A stretch of DNA of 64,000 nucleotides from a virus, in IMG/VR virus record IMGVR_UViG_3300008954_003312, positions 1 to 64,000 of that record, one strand, 5' to 3'. This document shows positions 28,327 to 39,032 of the stretch, piece after piece (position 1 is the first letter of the stretch; each line of letters begins with the position of its first letter). A program made the translations under genes and the position numbers. Under the pieces are notes generated by a model. That model saw nothing but the letters and a program-made list of their open reading frames with translations. It was not told where the DNA came from and searched no databases.

Positions 28327-29058
28327 ATGAAAAAAAAATTTAAAAGAATTAGAAGAAAGAAAGGGTCAAAGTCTAATCTGTACTTTGATTTAAATACTCA
28401 TAATGCTATAGTTAAATTTCAAAATAATGAATGTGAAAAAGAAAGATCTAAAATATATATAAATGAAATATTTCCAGCATTTGATAAGCTAGTTGAGAAT
28501 CTTATTTTTATTCACGGTTTTTCAAAGCCGTTTGGAGACCATGTTAGTCTAAAAAGTGACTGTGTGACATTTCTATATGAGACATTAGAAAAATTTGATC
28601 CATCTAGAGGGACTAAGGCTTTTTCTTATTTTAATGTAGTAGCAAAAAACTGGCTAATAATTCAAAGTAAAAAGAGAATCAAGAGCAACAGAAGGCATGT
28701 TAGCATTGATGATATCCTATCTCTAAGTCATGGAGATAAAATTGCAATTGAGACTCATAAGACTGTTCCAGCACAAGATAGTAAAATTATAAAAAGAGAG
28801 TCAATTGAAAGTTTATTTCAATTGATGGAAAATATTAGACACCGGCTTAAGAATGAAAATGAAATTGCTTGCATGGAAGCCATTATAACATTATTTAAAA
28901 ATATAGAAGATCTAGATCTTTTAAATAAGCGAGCTGTTTTTGTCTACATGAGAGATCTTTCTAACCTTAATCCAAAACAGCTTTCTGTTGCTATGTCTGT
29001 GATAAGAAAGCACTATAAGGACCTACTTAAGACTGGAGATTTTGACGTATTTTTTTAG
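28327..29058 (+). CDS. divergent sigma70-family factor, T4 gp55-like late sigma
   Basis: LEKFDPSRGTKAFSYFNVVAKN resembles sigma region 2.3-2.4; small size; precedes structural genes. Confidence 0.65.
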   Translation: MKKKFKRIRRKKGSKSNLYFDLNTHNAIVKFQNNECEKERSKIYINEIFPAFDKLVENLIFIHGFSKPFGDHVSLKSDCVTFLYETLEKFDPSRGTKAFSYFNVVAKNWLIIQSKKRIKSNRRHVSIDDILSLSHGDKIAIETHKTVPAQDSKIIKRESIESLFQLMENIRHRLKNENEIACMEAIITLFKNIEDLDLLNKRAVFVYMRDLSNLNPKQLSVAMSVIRKHYKDLLKTGDFDVFF

Positions 29059-29070
29059 GATTTAAAAAAA

Positions 29071-29439
29071 ATGAGTAAGGCAATTGAAAAACAGATAGAC
29101 AGGCTAAAAGAAAAAGAGCAAAAGATAGAGAGATTTTCAGACATACTTGACTCTCTGACTAGCACAGAAGATAGAAAGAAACTTTTATGGAAAGAAGTCT
29201 ATGAAAATGCAATCAATGATAGAGAGAGTGCTAATACACTCTTTACTGACTTATTAATTCAATGTAAGGGCAACGCATCAAATCACAGCCTATTTGGCCA
29301 GCTTATGTCAAAGTATCTTGAGAGAATGTCAAAAAGCAATGATCAAATCTTAAGACTCGCTGAGATTATATCTAAAGAGGATCAGGTTACTGTAGATCCA
29401 AACGCAATTTTTGATCAAATAAGAGAAGAGAATGCGTAG
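29071..29439 (+). CDS. hypothetical helical protein
   Basis: Open ORF with AGGA RBS, coiled-coil character, between the sigma and gp5-like genes. Confidence 0.6.
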   Translation: MSKAIEKQIDRLKEKEQKIERFSDILDSLTSTEDRKKLLWKEVYENAINDRESANTLFTDLLIQCKGNASNHSLFGQLMSKYLERMSKSNDQILRLAEIISKEDQVTVDPNAIFDQIREENA

Positions 29440-30934
29440 AAGACCTGACGGAACATCACACAACGATGCATCAGAGCAATTTGGTGATCTTAGACGAAGA
29501 CTGTCTCGATCACGGAGGATTTTATATTCTGCTGTTGTGACAGAGTTTATAACTAATCCTGGAATTTTTAGTGATGATGAGGCAGAGTCTCTTAAGGTGG
29601 GAGAAATGAGTGTACAAAACCCACAGTATGTGGACAAGATGCCTAGAAATTCAATACTTGCTAGATTAATCTCTGATGGAAAAGGAAGATCACAAAAAAA
29701 ACCCCAGATATTTTATCCATTTTTTTCTCCTCATCTCTCGATGCCAGTTAAGACAGGAGAGCAGGTCTGGGTTATATTTGAGACACCCGATGCTTCTCTT
29801 GGATATTGGATTAGTAGAAAGGCAACAAATCTCTCTGTTGATGATCTAAACTATACACACCTAGATAGAGTCACAGTATCTCGCCCGACAGGCGAGCTGA
29901 CAACAAAGGAAAAATATGACAGCTCTAGCGACACTGATTCTTCTGACTTAGACGCTGTTCTTGCAGAAGCATACGGCTATCCTATGGGCGGTCGTGGTCG
30001 ACAGGCTAACAATACACTTTGGTCCAGAACTGGAGATGAAAATCCGTATGATGTGATAGTTGATTCTTCTATTTCATATAACAATTACTTTGTCGGAGAG
30101 CCAGTCCCAAGATTCACGAAGGCACCTGCGGGTCTCACACTACAGGGATCAAATAATACACTTATATCACTGGATAGAGATAGATCAGCTGGGCTAGAAG
30201 AGATCTCTAGCACAGAAGATTATGGGAGGGGAACAATTGATATAGTTGCTGGTCGAGGACAGACAGATTCTACAGATGCTGTAGGAGATCCGTATATGAA
30301 TACTAGAGGATATCACGAAATAGATAAGACGCCTGCTCTAAGTGGAGCTTCTAGCAGCGCTAGTTCTGATGAAGTAGATAGATACGGAAATTTTAATGCT
30401 GAGGGAGACTTAGACTTTGAAAATGATCTATCAAGAATTTATGTTTCAATGAAGACAGATGGAGATGCTAACTTTGGAATTAGCGAGCTAACAGATGTAT
30501 CAGACGGAGCTGCTGTGGTAGCAGACTCTGGTGATGACGCTTATTGTATAATAAATTCTAATCACACGAGAATAATATCTGAAACTGACGGATCTATTAA
30601 GATAGTCAAGAAAGGTGATAATGAGGCATCAGTCGTTATTAGCTCAGATGGAAAGATAACAATTATGGGATCTGAGATCTATATGGGTAAGTCATCAGGC
30701 GGAGCGGTGCATCCATTTACCTGGGCTGATACCCTCGAAGATCTCTTGGAAGCCTGGCAGGCTTCAATTGAATCTACTATAACAAGTGCAGGAAATGCTC
30801 TTCTGGGATCTTTTGTCACTCCGGTTGTGGGTGGGCCAGATGCTGCATGTTTAACAGCCGGCGCGGAGATGATTGGTTTTACTCTAGATACACCGGTAGG
30901 TGTTTTTAAATCGGAAGTTATAAAAGGAGAGTGA
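29432..30934 (+). CDS. baseplate hub/spike protein, gp5/VgrG-like (N-terminal OB-fold, C-terminal beta-repeats)
   Basis: P.K.GEQVWVIFE....GYW OB-fold signature; LQGSNNT.I; C-terminal IKI/VVI.SDGKITI beta-strands; upstream of the gp25-like gene. Confidence 0.6.
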   Translation: MRRRPDGTSHNDASEQFGDLRRRLSRSRRILYSAVVTEFITNPGIFSDDEAESLKVGEMSVQNPQYVDKMPRNSILARLISDGKGRSQKKPQIFYPFFSPHLSMPVKTGEQVWVIFETPDASLGYWISRKATNLSVDDLNYTHLDRVTVSRPTGELTTKEKYDSSSDTDSSDLDAVLAEAYGYPMGGRGRQANNTLWSRTGDENPYDVIVDSSISYNNYFVGEPVPRFTKAPAGLTLQGSNNTLISLDRDRSAGLEEISSTEDYGRGTIDIVAGRGQTDSTDAVGDPYMNTRGYHEIDKTPALSGASSSASSDEVDRYGNFNAEGDLDFENDLSRIYVSMKTDGDANFGISELTDVSDGAAVVADSGDDAYCIINSNHTRIISETDGSIKIVKKGDNEASVVISSDGKITIMGSEIYMGKSSGGAVHPFTWADTLEDLLEAWQASIESTITSAGNALLGSFVTPVVGGPDAACLTAGAEMIGFTLDTPVGVFKSEVIKGE

Positions 30935-30935
30935 C

Positions 30936-31334
30936 ATGGCATTAGACATAGAATTGCTCAAAACTAACATCCTGGAAGCTTTTGATGCGGCTAGTGATAT
31001 TGACATAAAAGAATATACAGATGAAATTACAGGCGATATTGATATCCCATCATTCTCTGCTGCAGCAATGGGAGCAATGGCATCAGCATTTGCTGAGGCT
31101 ATAAACACCTTTGTCACAAGCGCTGAGGTTGAAATAACAGGTGCTAGCTTTGATAATGGTACACTCAATGGAAATATAGTTGTTTTTGATGATAAGAATG
31201 AAAATACTGATGGAGTTAAGTACTATCTATCACGGCCAACTAGCTTGAGTGCAATTGATTTTGATACAACAAGATGGCAAGGAGAGGCATATGTTACAGG
31301 TGACGTTACAATTTCAGATGGGAAGTTGAAATAG
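30936..31334 (+). CDS. hypothetical acidic virion protein
   Basis: AGGAG RBS, tight packing in the baseplate block. Confidence 0.55.
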   Translation: MALDIELLKTNILEAFDAASDIDIKEYTDEITGDIDIPSFSAAAMGAMASAFAEAINTFVTSAEVEITGASFDNGTLNGNIVVFDDKNENTDGVKYYLSRPTSLSAIDFDTTRWQGEAYVTGDVTISDGKLK

Positions 31335-31358
31335 TTTTCTTTCATTCTTTCCTTGATT

Positions 31359-31367
31359 ATATTTAAT
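31359..31367 (+). promoter_or_regulatory. candidate late promoter ATATTTAAT upstream of the gp25-like gene
   Basis: Intergenic; ATATTTA core ends 20 nt before the ATG; the same motif recurs in other gaps. Confidence 0.5.
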
Positions 31368-31385
31368 AACTGAAGGAAGATTATC

Positions 31386-31880
31386 ATGGCCACAGATGAA
31401 GTGTATGACTTCAATTCAGTTGGTGTTCAAACCAATGACCCAAGATTCTCTCGGGTTGCTGATTCAAGTCCAATAGGGATACAGACGCCCTTGAGACTAG
31501 ATTCATCTAGGGGCGGCCCGTTTAAGATGAACTTTAATGTCTATGATCAGATTAAGGATAATCTTAGGAATCTGATTTTAACAAATAACGGGGATAGACT
31601 TGGACGCTATATACATGGAGGAAATCTTCTTGAGCTTTGCACTGAGTTTGTGTCTAAGAAGTCTTTTGATTCTGAGGCCATGATAAGAATAAAGACTGCT
31701 GTTGCAAAAAGCATGCCGTATGTCGAACTTTCAACATTTGAGTCTGAAGTTAGATCGATACCTAGGGATCCTGCAAAGCCTGAAGGGATGTCTTTAATCT
31801 CTATTAAAGTTGCATATTCAATTCCAAGATTGAGATCATCAAATAATGCTTTAGAATTTATACTTTATATAATGGGTTAA
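31386..31880 (+). CDS. baseplate wedge protein, gp25/W-like
   Basis: QIKDNLRNLILTN.GDR....GGNL; I..AV...MPYV.L. Confidence 0.85.
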   Translation: MATDEVYDFNSVGVQTNDPRFSRVADSSPIGIQTPLRLDSSRGGPFKMNFNVYDQIKDNLRNLILTNNGDRLGRYIHGGNLLELCTEFVSKKSFDSEAMIRIKTAVAKSMPYVELSTFESEVRSIPRDPAKPEGMSLISIKVAYSIPRLRSSNNALEFILYIMG

Positions 31881-31881
31881 T

Positions 31882-33741
31882 ATGTCTAGAAGAATTCAAA
31901 AAGAAATTAAAAAGAAGAAAGTAAGAAGCTATTTAAATAAAGATTTTGAATCTTTTAAGTCAGACTTGTTGCTGTACGCAAATACATACTTTTCTGATCA
32001 TATATCAGATTTTTCTGATTCATCAGTAGGATCACTTTTTCTTGAAATGGCAGCGTACGTCGGTGATGTCATGTCTTTCTATTTAGATCATCAATTTAAT
32101 GAGCTAGATATTTTAACAGCAGTTGAAAGTAAGAATGTTGAAAGACTAGTTAGAGCAGCTGGTGTTAAAATAAAGGGTGCTGCTCCTGCATTTGTAGATG
32201 TTGATTTTTATATTGAAGTCCCAGCTGAGCAGGTTTCAGTTAATGGTGTTTTAACATCACTTCCAAAAAACAGTGTTTTGCCTGTAATAAAGAAAGGAAC
32301 TACAGTTAGTTCAAAATCTGGTATTGTATTTGAGTTAACAGAAGATATTAACTTTTCTTTAAAGGATGAAAACGATAGTTATGTAGCAACATATTTAGCA
32401 TCAGAGACTAATTCTGATGGTGAGGTGATAAGCCTAATAGGAAAGGCATCAGGCCAATGTACATCCGGTCGAACATCATTGGAAAGTTTTTCTATAGCTG
32501 ATAAGTTCGAACCATTTAGAAAGATTACGCTTACTTCTCAAAACATTTCAGATATAATTTCAGTAAAAGATTTAGATGGTAATGAGTACTATGAGGTTGA
32601 ATCACTTACTCAAGATACAGTATTTAGTAAGGTTGCTAATTTTGGATCTGATTTAATGGAAGTTACAGATAGTATTCAGCTTATTCCTGCACCCTATAGA
32701 TTTATAACGAAATCAAGTAGAAAGACTGGGATGACTACAATTATATTTGGGTCAGGAAGGGCAGAAACCCTAGATAACGATATTATACCAGATCCCAGTG
32801 AGGTCGCACTTCCAATGTATGGAGATAAAAAGACATTTTCAAGAGCTGCAATTGATCCAAATTCTCTCTTAGGAACAAGAACACTTGGAATATCACCCTA
32901 CAATACAAATATTTCAGTCCGGTACAGGGCCGGAGGGGGAATTAGCCATAATGTAGGATCTGGACAGATAACTTCACTGTCAAGTCTTTCTACTTATTTC
33001 GGTTCAGGTGTTCCATCTGTAACAGCAGCTAAGATAAGGGCTTCAGTTCAGGTTAGTAACCCACTTACAGCAGCAGGGGGTGAGGATCCATTGACAGAGA
33101 GTGAGCTAAGAACAACAGCACTTGCATTTAGAAATTCTCAGTCCAGGATAGTTACACGAGATGATCTAGTTGCTAGAATATATACGATGCCATCTAATTT
33201 TGGTAGAGCATTTAGGGTGGGTGTTAGATCTAATCCAAATAACCCACTAGCTTCTATGATTTCAGTTATAAGTAGAAATTCAGCTGGTCACTTAATAATA
33301 TCACCAGACACACTAAAAGAAAACATAAAAGTCTATGTTAATCAATTTAGACTTATATCAGATGCTATTGACATAGTTGATTCACAGATTATAAACATTG
33401 CTATCAACTATTCTATCGTTACAGATTCAACTTCTAATAAAAACTTAGTCATACAAAGAGTTAACACAGCACTTAAAAGCTATTTAAAAATTGAGAACTT
33501 TCAAATCGATCAGCCAATAGTAATATCAGATCTAACTAATCTTATTCTTAATGAAGATGGTGTTGTATCTTTGATAGATATAAATATAGAAAATAGAACT
33601 GGAACTATTGATGATAGAGTGTATGGAGAAAGTACTTTCGATGTCAATTCAAATTTAAAAAATAATATTTTATTTCCAGTCGAAGGTGGAATTTTTGAAC
33701 TTAAGTTTCCACAGGACGATATAGCTGGTAGCACAGTTTAG
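31882..33741 (+). CDS. baseplate wedge protein, gp6/J-like
   Basis: YLNKDF, DFSDSS.G..FLEMAAYVGDVMSFYLD.Q, FGSG, Y..GGG..HN, GG.D..T, Q.RIVT..D...R. Confidence 0.88.
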   Translation: MSRRIQKEIKKKKVRSYLNKDFESFKSDLLLYANTYFSDHISDFSDSSVGSLFLEMAAYVGDVMSFYLDHQFNELDILTAVESKNVERLVRAAGVKIKGAAPAFVDVDFYIEVPAEQVSVNGVLTSLPKNSVLPVIKKGTTVSSKSGIVFELTEDINFSLKDENDSYVATYLASETNSDGEVISLIGKASGQCTSGRTSLESFSIADKFEPFRKITLTSQNISDIISVKDLDGNEYYEVESLTQDTVFSKVANFGSDLMEVTDSIQLIPAPYRFITKSSRKTGMTTIIFGSGRAETLDNDIIPDPSEVALPMYGDKKTFSRAAIDPNSLLGTRTLGISPYNTNISVRYRAGGGISHNVGSGQITSLSSLSTYFGSGVPSVTAAKIRASVQVSNPLTAAGGEDPLTESELRTTALAFRNSQSRIVTRDDLVARIYTMPSNFGRAFRVGVRSNPNNPLASMISVISRNSAGHLIISPDTLKENIKVYVNQFRLISDAIDIVDSQIINIAINYSIVTDSTSNKNLVIQRVNTALKSYLKIENFQIDQPIVISDLTNLILNEDGVVSLIDINIENRTGTIDDRVYGESTFDVNSNLKNNILFPVEGGIFELKFPQDDIAGSTV

Positions 33742-33749
33742 AGGAAAAT

Positions 33750-35288
33750 ATGCATAGAATCCTTACATGTAGTTCAGATACCTACATTACTAATAAGATT
33801 ATTAATAATAAATTCAGAGCAGAAGATGCCAATGTCGGCCAAGCAGGAACAATTGATATATTTAAACTTTATAATGAAAATTCTAGTGGGTCAATTACGG
33901 GAACTATTGAGGTCTCAAGGGGTCTGTTAAAGTTTGATCTAAATCCGCTTAGACAGCTTACGGGATCTTCTTTAGATACAAATCACTCATCTTTTAAATG
34001 TATGCTAAAGATGTATGATGTTTATGGTGGTCAAACTACTCCTTCAAGCTTTAAGCTAATAGTATTTCCGCTTTCTAAGTCTTTTGACGAAGGTATCGGC
34101 AGAGATATAGTTAATTTTTCTGATCTTGACTCTTCTAATTTTGTAACAGCATCAGTTATTGATGATACTGCAACGCTTTGGGAGCATACGGGTGCAGCCA
34201 AAGAGGGTCTGCTCGGGTCAAATGATCTCGATATTATATCTAGCGGAAATCTTTCTGATGGCAGTGGTGTTGTAAACATCTGGAAATCACAGACATTTTC
34301 AAAAGGAAACGAAGATCTTTCAATTGACATAACAACTATGGTATCTGCTACACTTGCTAGTCAAATACCGGACTGCGGGTTTAGAATCTCTTTTTCAGGC
34401 ACACAGGAGTCTGATGACAGGACAAGATTTGTTAAGAGGTTTGCTTCTAAGAATTCTACTAGATTTTCAAAAAGACCTAAGATAGTTGTGACCTACGATG
34501 ATTCAGTTCAAGACCATCATGGTGTATTCTTTTTTGATGTAACTGGGTCTATATTTTTAAATAACTTTCATAGAGGTAATCCTACAAATATACTTTCTGG
34601 AACAAGAAGAAGGGGAATATCTGGATCTAACTGCATAGTTTTTAAGATATTTTCTGGAGTTAATGGATCTGGATCTTACTTTGCTAAACAGCTATCAGCT
34701 TCTCAGCACCAAGTTGGTATTAATTTTATAACAGGTGTATACTCAGCAACATTTGCAATTTCAGAATTTGAGAGCTCTAGCCTAAGAGAGGAGATAAAAA
34801 GCGCTGGATCAGCTACATTTACTACAGTCTGGTCTTCTGTTGACGATACAGTCGGATATCATACTGGATCACTTGTAATTAATACAGTAAAAAGAACATC
34901 ATTTGAAAATTCTCCTCGCAGGCTTTTTATAAATGTAACAAATCTAAAGCCAACGTATGTATCTTCAGAGAAGTCTAGATTTAGAGTGTTTGTTCAGGAC
35001 GTTGCAAAGCAGATTGTTGCCTATAAGCTTCCATTTGAGACAGTAAGCGAAATATTCACAGACATGTACTATAGAATTAGAGACTTTGAGACAGATGATA
35101 TTATAGTTCCTTTTGACCCTGAGTCAAAAGGAACGCTTCTCTCTACAGATACCAAGGGAATGTATTTTGATTTTTATATGGACTCTTTGGCTCCAGGAAG
35201 AACTTATATATTTGACTTTTTAATAAAGGACGAAGGAACAGACCTGGTATTTTCAAATGTTGCTGCTAAGTTTGATATTACCAGGTAG
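33750..35288 (+). CDS. virion structural protein (DNRLRE-like N-terminal domain plus Ig-like C-terminus)
   Basis: DTYI, SRGLLKFD, GF.I, F.S......RPKIVV.YDD pattern; baseplate block context. Confidence 0.55.
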   Translation: MHRILTCSSDTYITNKIINNKFRAEDANVGQAGTIDIFKLYNENSSGSITGTIEVSRGLLKFDLNPLRQLTGSSLDTNHSSFKCMLKMYDVYGGQTTPSSFKLIVFPLSKSFDEGIGRDIVNFSDLDSSNFVTASVIDDTATLWEHTGAAKEGLLGSNDLDIISSGNLSDGSGVVNIWKSQTFSKGNEDLSIDITTMVSATLASQIPDCGFRISFSGTQESDDRTRFVKRFASKNSTRFSKRPKIVVTYDDSVQDHHGVFFFDVTGSIFLNNFHRGNPTNILSGTRRRGISGSNCIVFKIFSGVNGSGSYFAKQLSASQHQVGINFITGVYSATFAISEFESSSLREEIKSAGSATFTTVWSSVDDTVGYHTGSLVINTVKRTSFENSPRRLFINVTNLKPTYVSSEKSRFRVFVQDVAKQIVAYKLPFETVSEIFTDMYYRIRDFETDDIIVPFDPESKGTLLSTDTKGMYFDFYMDSLAPGRTYIFDFLIKDEGTDLVFSNVAAKFDITR

Positions 35289-35297
35289 GCGATTAGA

Positions 35298-38200
35298 ATG
35301 AAGAAGAAAAGAGTACTAAATCTTAGACAGCCTCATCTATTTAAGCCCTCTACTGTTAGAAGGACAGCTAAGCCAGGAGCTACTTTTAATAGAGATATAA
35401 AGCTTAGCAGTCTATCAAATACAAACATTGAAAGCACTTCTTCTTTTAGATACGACAATCCAGGCTCAGGGCTAAAGTCTACACAAGAAGTCTCAGTTGA
35501 CTATAGCAGATTTGAAAAACATACATTTTTTAACTCTGCTGTCTCAAAAGTAAATATTGCATTTGATAGAATTATTAATGAATTTCCTTTTGATGGAGCA
35601 GAAAGAGAAATAGAGGGATTTATTGACTCTTTGACAGGATATGAGAAGCACATTTTTGATACCTTTCCTAAAAACACAGGCTACCTTATATTTTCAGGAA
35701 CTGTGTCAGGTGAAGACTATCACGAAGGGACTTATCTTAAGGTAAATGATAAGGCAGGAACAAGTTATCCTGAATTTTCTAAAAATAGAACTGGAAATAG
35801 TGTTATAAATCCTGGATTAAGCACATTTTCTATTGAGATGCAAATATTTCCACCTGATATAGTCAATGACAATCAGGTCATATGTCAGATGCTAAGCGGG
35901 ACTAATGGTAGCTTCGGCGATGGCGGATTTACTTTGGGTCTATCATCCTCAACAAGCACAAGTGAATCAACTTTGATATTTGCTGTTGCTTCGGGAACAA
36001 CTCACCTTCATGCCACAGGAACTATTAACAAGGGACAGTGGAATCATATATGCGCTACTTTTAATAGATCTCCAGGCGCTGGAAATTTACTTCTTTACGC
36101 CAGCGGAAACCTAATAGCTTCATCTTCAGATTCTGCAGATGAAATGGGGACTCTATCTTTTAATTCACTTATGCCGCTCTATATCGGTTCTGGTTCTGCC
36201 CAAGATCTTTCTTTAGGCATGGAGAATCCTGCACATTCAGCTCAGACTCTCTGGACACCTCGTCAGACATTTTCTGGATCGATTGATGAGTTTAGATTTT
36301 TTCATAAGACAAGGAGTATTATTGATCAAAAAGAGACAGCTCTAAGTGAAATATATCCAGATGATGAAGGTTCACTGCGACTTTATTTTAGATTCAATGA
36401 GCCGTCTGGCTCTTATAGTATTCCAGATGTTGCTCTTGATAGCTCAGGAAACTCTCTTCATACTAATATTACAAATTTTGATTCTACTAATTCGAGACTG
36501 ACTGGGTCAAATACAGACTGGGGTGTTTGTATGACGGCTGAGAATAAATCGTTGTCACCAATTCTATTTCCATCTTTTAAAAATGTAAGGGGATTAAATG
36601 CAGATCTTTTACTCTCTGCTAGCTTGTTTGATGGTCAAAATCCAAATCTAATAACAAGACTAATACCTCCACATTATCTTGAAATGGGATCTGAGGACCA
36701 GGGATTTAATTCTATAACAGGAAGCATGGGAGATATGATTAAGCCCAATAGCATTCCGGGATCTTCTGTCATAGGATCACCTCAGATTATGACAGCATTC
36801 TTATTAATATGGGCAAAATATTTTGATGAGATAAAGATATTCATAGATCACTTTTCTAACTTAGTTCACATTGACTATGATGACATAGATACAGCAGCAG
36901 ATAAATTTTTACCTTTTGTTGCTAAATATTACGGATTTGAGCTTCCTGGAATTTTCTCTAACACTAGCCCAGAGCAATTTATTAAAGGTAGAAATATTGA
37001 CGGTTCTTACTCTATATCCGCTGAGTCTCTTAGATTTGTTCAAAATCAAATATGGAAGAGAATTTTAATAAACATTAGTGACATAAGGGCATCTAAGGGA
37101 ACAAAGCATTCTGTAGAATCAGTGTTTAGAGCTGCTGGAATTGATCCTGATTCATTTTTTACAATTAGAGAGTACGGAGGTCCGACTAAACGATCACTAG
37201 TTGGATTGCGACAGTCTAGAAAAGAAGTCTCAACAGCCTTAAGTTTTACGGGAAGTCTAGCACCGTGGCCAGAAGCGACTCTTGCGACAACATCTTCTGA
37301 TGGTCTCAATAGCTTAATGCCCATCCTTAGATCACCGTTTCTATCCGGATCCAGGGTTGAGGTAGGGTACCCTCTTGCCCGAGGTGGGTTTAATAATGCA
37401 AAATATGTTGCAGGAGAGATAGTTACCCACGGAACATCTACTGATAGGTCTGACGGATTATTTACATCTGGCTGCTTTACATACGAGGGAACTTATATAT
37501 TTCCAAGGCTTGTTACTGGCTCCTATCCAGTAAGTCAAAGTCTCGTTAGATTTCAAGTGACTGGGTCTGCTTCTCCTTCTGATAGAAACGGAGTTGTTGC
37601 AAACCTTATTGCAGTCTCTGGAGCTAATAACTCTCTTACAGGAAGCGGATCAGATTTAAAGCTATTTGTTAGACCTTCATATGCATCAACATCAGAGAAG
37701 ACACTTGAGATTGCTTTAACTGGTGCTAATATCTTTAACGGTGAGCAGTGGAATATTTCTTTTGGAAGAATTCGATCTGACTCACCTCAGCTTGATTTAG
37801 ATTCTGAAAATGCTGTCTCTTCATCGTATTTCCTTAGATGTGGGCATCAATCAGCTGGAGAGATTACTAGCGTCTATCAGACGTCTTCATTTTTTATGGA
37901 AGTTTCAAATAGGGGTGTAACAACTAATAAGAATGTATTCTCATCGAAAGTTACAACTTACAATGCCAGTGGTGTGTTTTTCGTAGTAGGCTCACAAAGT
38001 TTAGGAGATCCTACTGGAAACTACTTTTTAAACGATGAATCAGTAGCAGCTGACAGTGCAGCTCGTGTAACAGATTTTGCTGGTCGAATATCACGTATAA
38101 GATTCTGGTCCAAAGCACTTGAGTCAGGTGAGTGGAAAGAGCATGTAAGAAATTTTAAATCTCTTGGGGTCAAAGATCCACTAGTTAATTTTAATTTTAA

Positions 38201-39032
38201 CACTCTTTCATCTGGCTCATTCGAGAGGCTGCGGATTGATGCTACAACAGATCAGAGAGTTACAGCTTCAAATAGTCAAGGTGAGATAGAGATATTTGAT
38301 TTTTCAAAGAATAGCACAATAAACTCAGAAGGCTCTGCTGCACCGTGGATTGCAGCAGACCAGGCTGGCTCAGTTACATACTATCACCTTTCAGGAACAG
38401 GATTTGAAGCTGACAAGTCTGTGATAAGGCCTGAAGAATTTTATTATAGCTTTTTATCACCGAGATTTGATATCGGACAGACAGATGATAAAGTAAGAAT
38501 AAGAAGCTTTAAAGATGCTGATAAGATAAAGAATAGCAACTATGCAGGAAGTGCACCAGTCTACGAGGTCCCACCAAGCGAGCAGCCCGATGATGATACC
38601 AGGTTTAGCATTGACTACTCTGCTGTCAAAGCATTAGATGAAGATATAATGAATATTTTTTCATCTCTTGAGTTTTTTGATGATGCTCTTGGGCAGCCAA
38701 ATATGATGTTTGATGAATACTATCCCGATATTGATCAGGTAAGAAAAATTTATTTTAATAGGCTTATTGATAAGATAAATGTTAAAAAATTCTTTGAGAT
38801 ATTTAAATGGTTTGATACATCATTTACTGCCTTTATTGAGCAACTTATCCCTAGAAAGACAAAATTTCTAGGCATAAACTATGTTATAGAGTCTCATGTT
38901 CTTGAACGGCATAGACACAGATATTTATTTGATGAAATTTATCAACCAGCCGGCGAAAGAGAGCGGACATTTGATGTTGCTACACTTATTGATATCGATG
39001 TAACCATAGATGGACATGGAGGAGATTTGTGA
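35298..39032 (+). CDS. large baseplate/tail protein with two LamG (ConA-like) domains and a P2-gpI/gp7-like segment
   Basis: QWNHI.ATF, LYIG, FSGSIDEFRF, LY.RFNE; FLP.VAKYYG and KGT.HS motif; second LamG-like unit FAGRISRIRFWSKAL. Confidence 0.65.
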   Translation: MKKKRVLNLRQPHLFKPSTVRRTAKPGATFNRDIKLSSLSNTNIESTSSFRYDNPGSGLKSTQEVSVDYSRFEKHTFFNSAVSKVNIAFDRIINEFPFDGAEREIEGFIDSLTGYEKHIFDTFPKNTGYLIFSGTVSGEDYHEGTYLKVNDKAGTSYPEFSKNRTGNSVINPGLSTFSIEMQIFPPDIVNDNQVICQMLSGTNGSFGDGGFTLGLSSSTSTSESTLIFAVASGTTHLHATGTINKGQWNHICATFNRSPGAGNLLLYASGNLIASSSDSADEMGTLSFNSLMPLYIGSGSAQDLSLGMENPAHSAQTLWTPRQTFSGSIDEFRFFHKTRSIIDQKETALSEIYPDDEGSLRLYFRFNEPSGSYSIPDVALDSSGNSLHTNITNFDSTNSRLTGSNTDWGVCMTAENKSLSPILFPSFKNVRGLNADLLLSASLFDGQNPNLITRLIPPHYLEMGSEDQGFNSITGSMGDMIKPNSIPGSSVIGSPQIMTAFLLIWAKYFDEIKIFIDHFSNLVHIDYDDIDTAADKFLPFVAKYYGFELPGIFSNTSPEQFIKGRNIDGSYSISAESLRFVQNQIWKRILINISDIRASKGTKHSVESVFRAAGIDPDSFFTIREYGGPTKRSLVGLRQSRKEVSTALSFTGSLAPWPEATLATTSSDGLNSLMPILRSPFLSGSRVEVGYPLARGGFNNAKYVAGEIVTHGTSTDRSDGLFTSGCFTYEGTYIFPRLVTGSYPVSQSLVRFQVTGSASPSDRNGVVANLIAVSGANNSLTGSGSDLKLFVRPSYASTSEKTLEIALTGANIFNGEQWNISFGRIRSDSPQLDLDSENAVSSSYFLRCGHQSAGEITSVYQTSSFFMEVSNRGVTTNKNVFSSKVTTYNASGVFFVVGSQSLGDPTGNYFLNDESVAADSAARVTDFAGRISRIRFWSKALESGEWKEHVRNFKSLGVKDPLVNFNFNTLSSGSFERLRIDATTDQRVTASNSQGEIEIFDFSKNSTINSEGSAAPWIAADQAGSVTYYHLSGTGFEADKSVIRPEEFYYSFLSPRFDIGQTDDKVRIRSFKDADKIKNSNYAGSAPVYEVPPSEQPDDDTRFSIDYSAVKALDEDIMNIFSSLEFFDDALGQPNMMFDEYYPDIDQVRKIYFNRLIDKINVKKFFEIFKWFDTSFTAFIEQLIPRKTKFLGINYVIESHVLERHRHRYLFDEIYQPAGERERTFDVATLIDIDVTIDGHGGDL

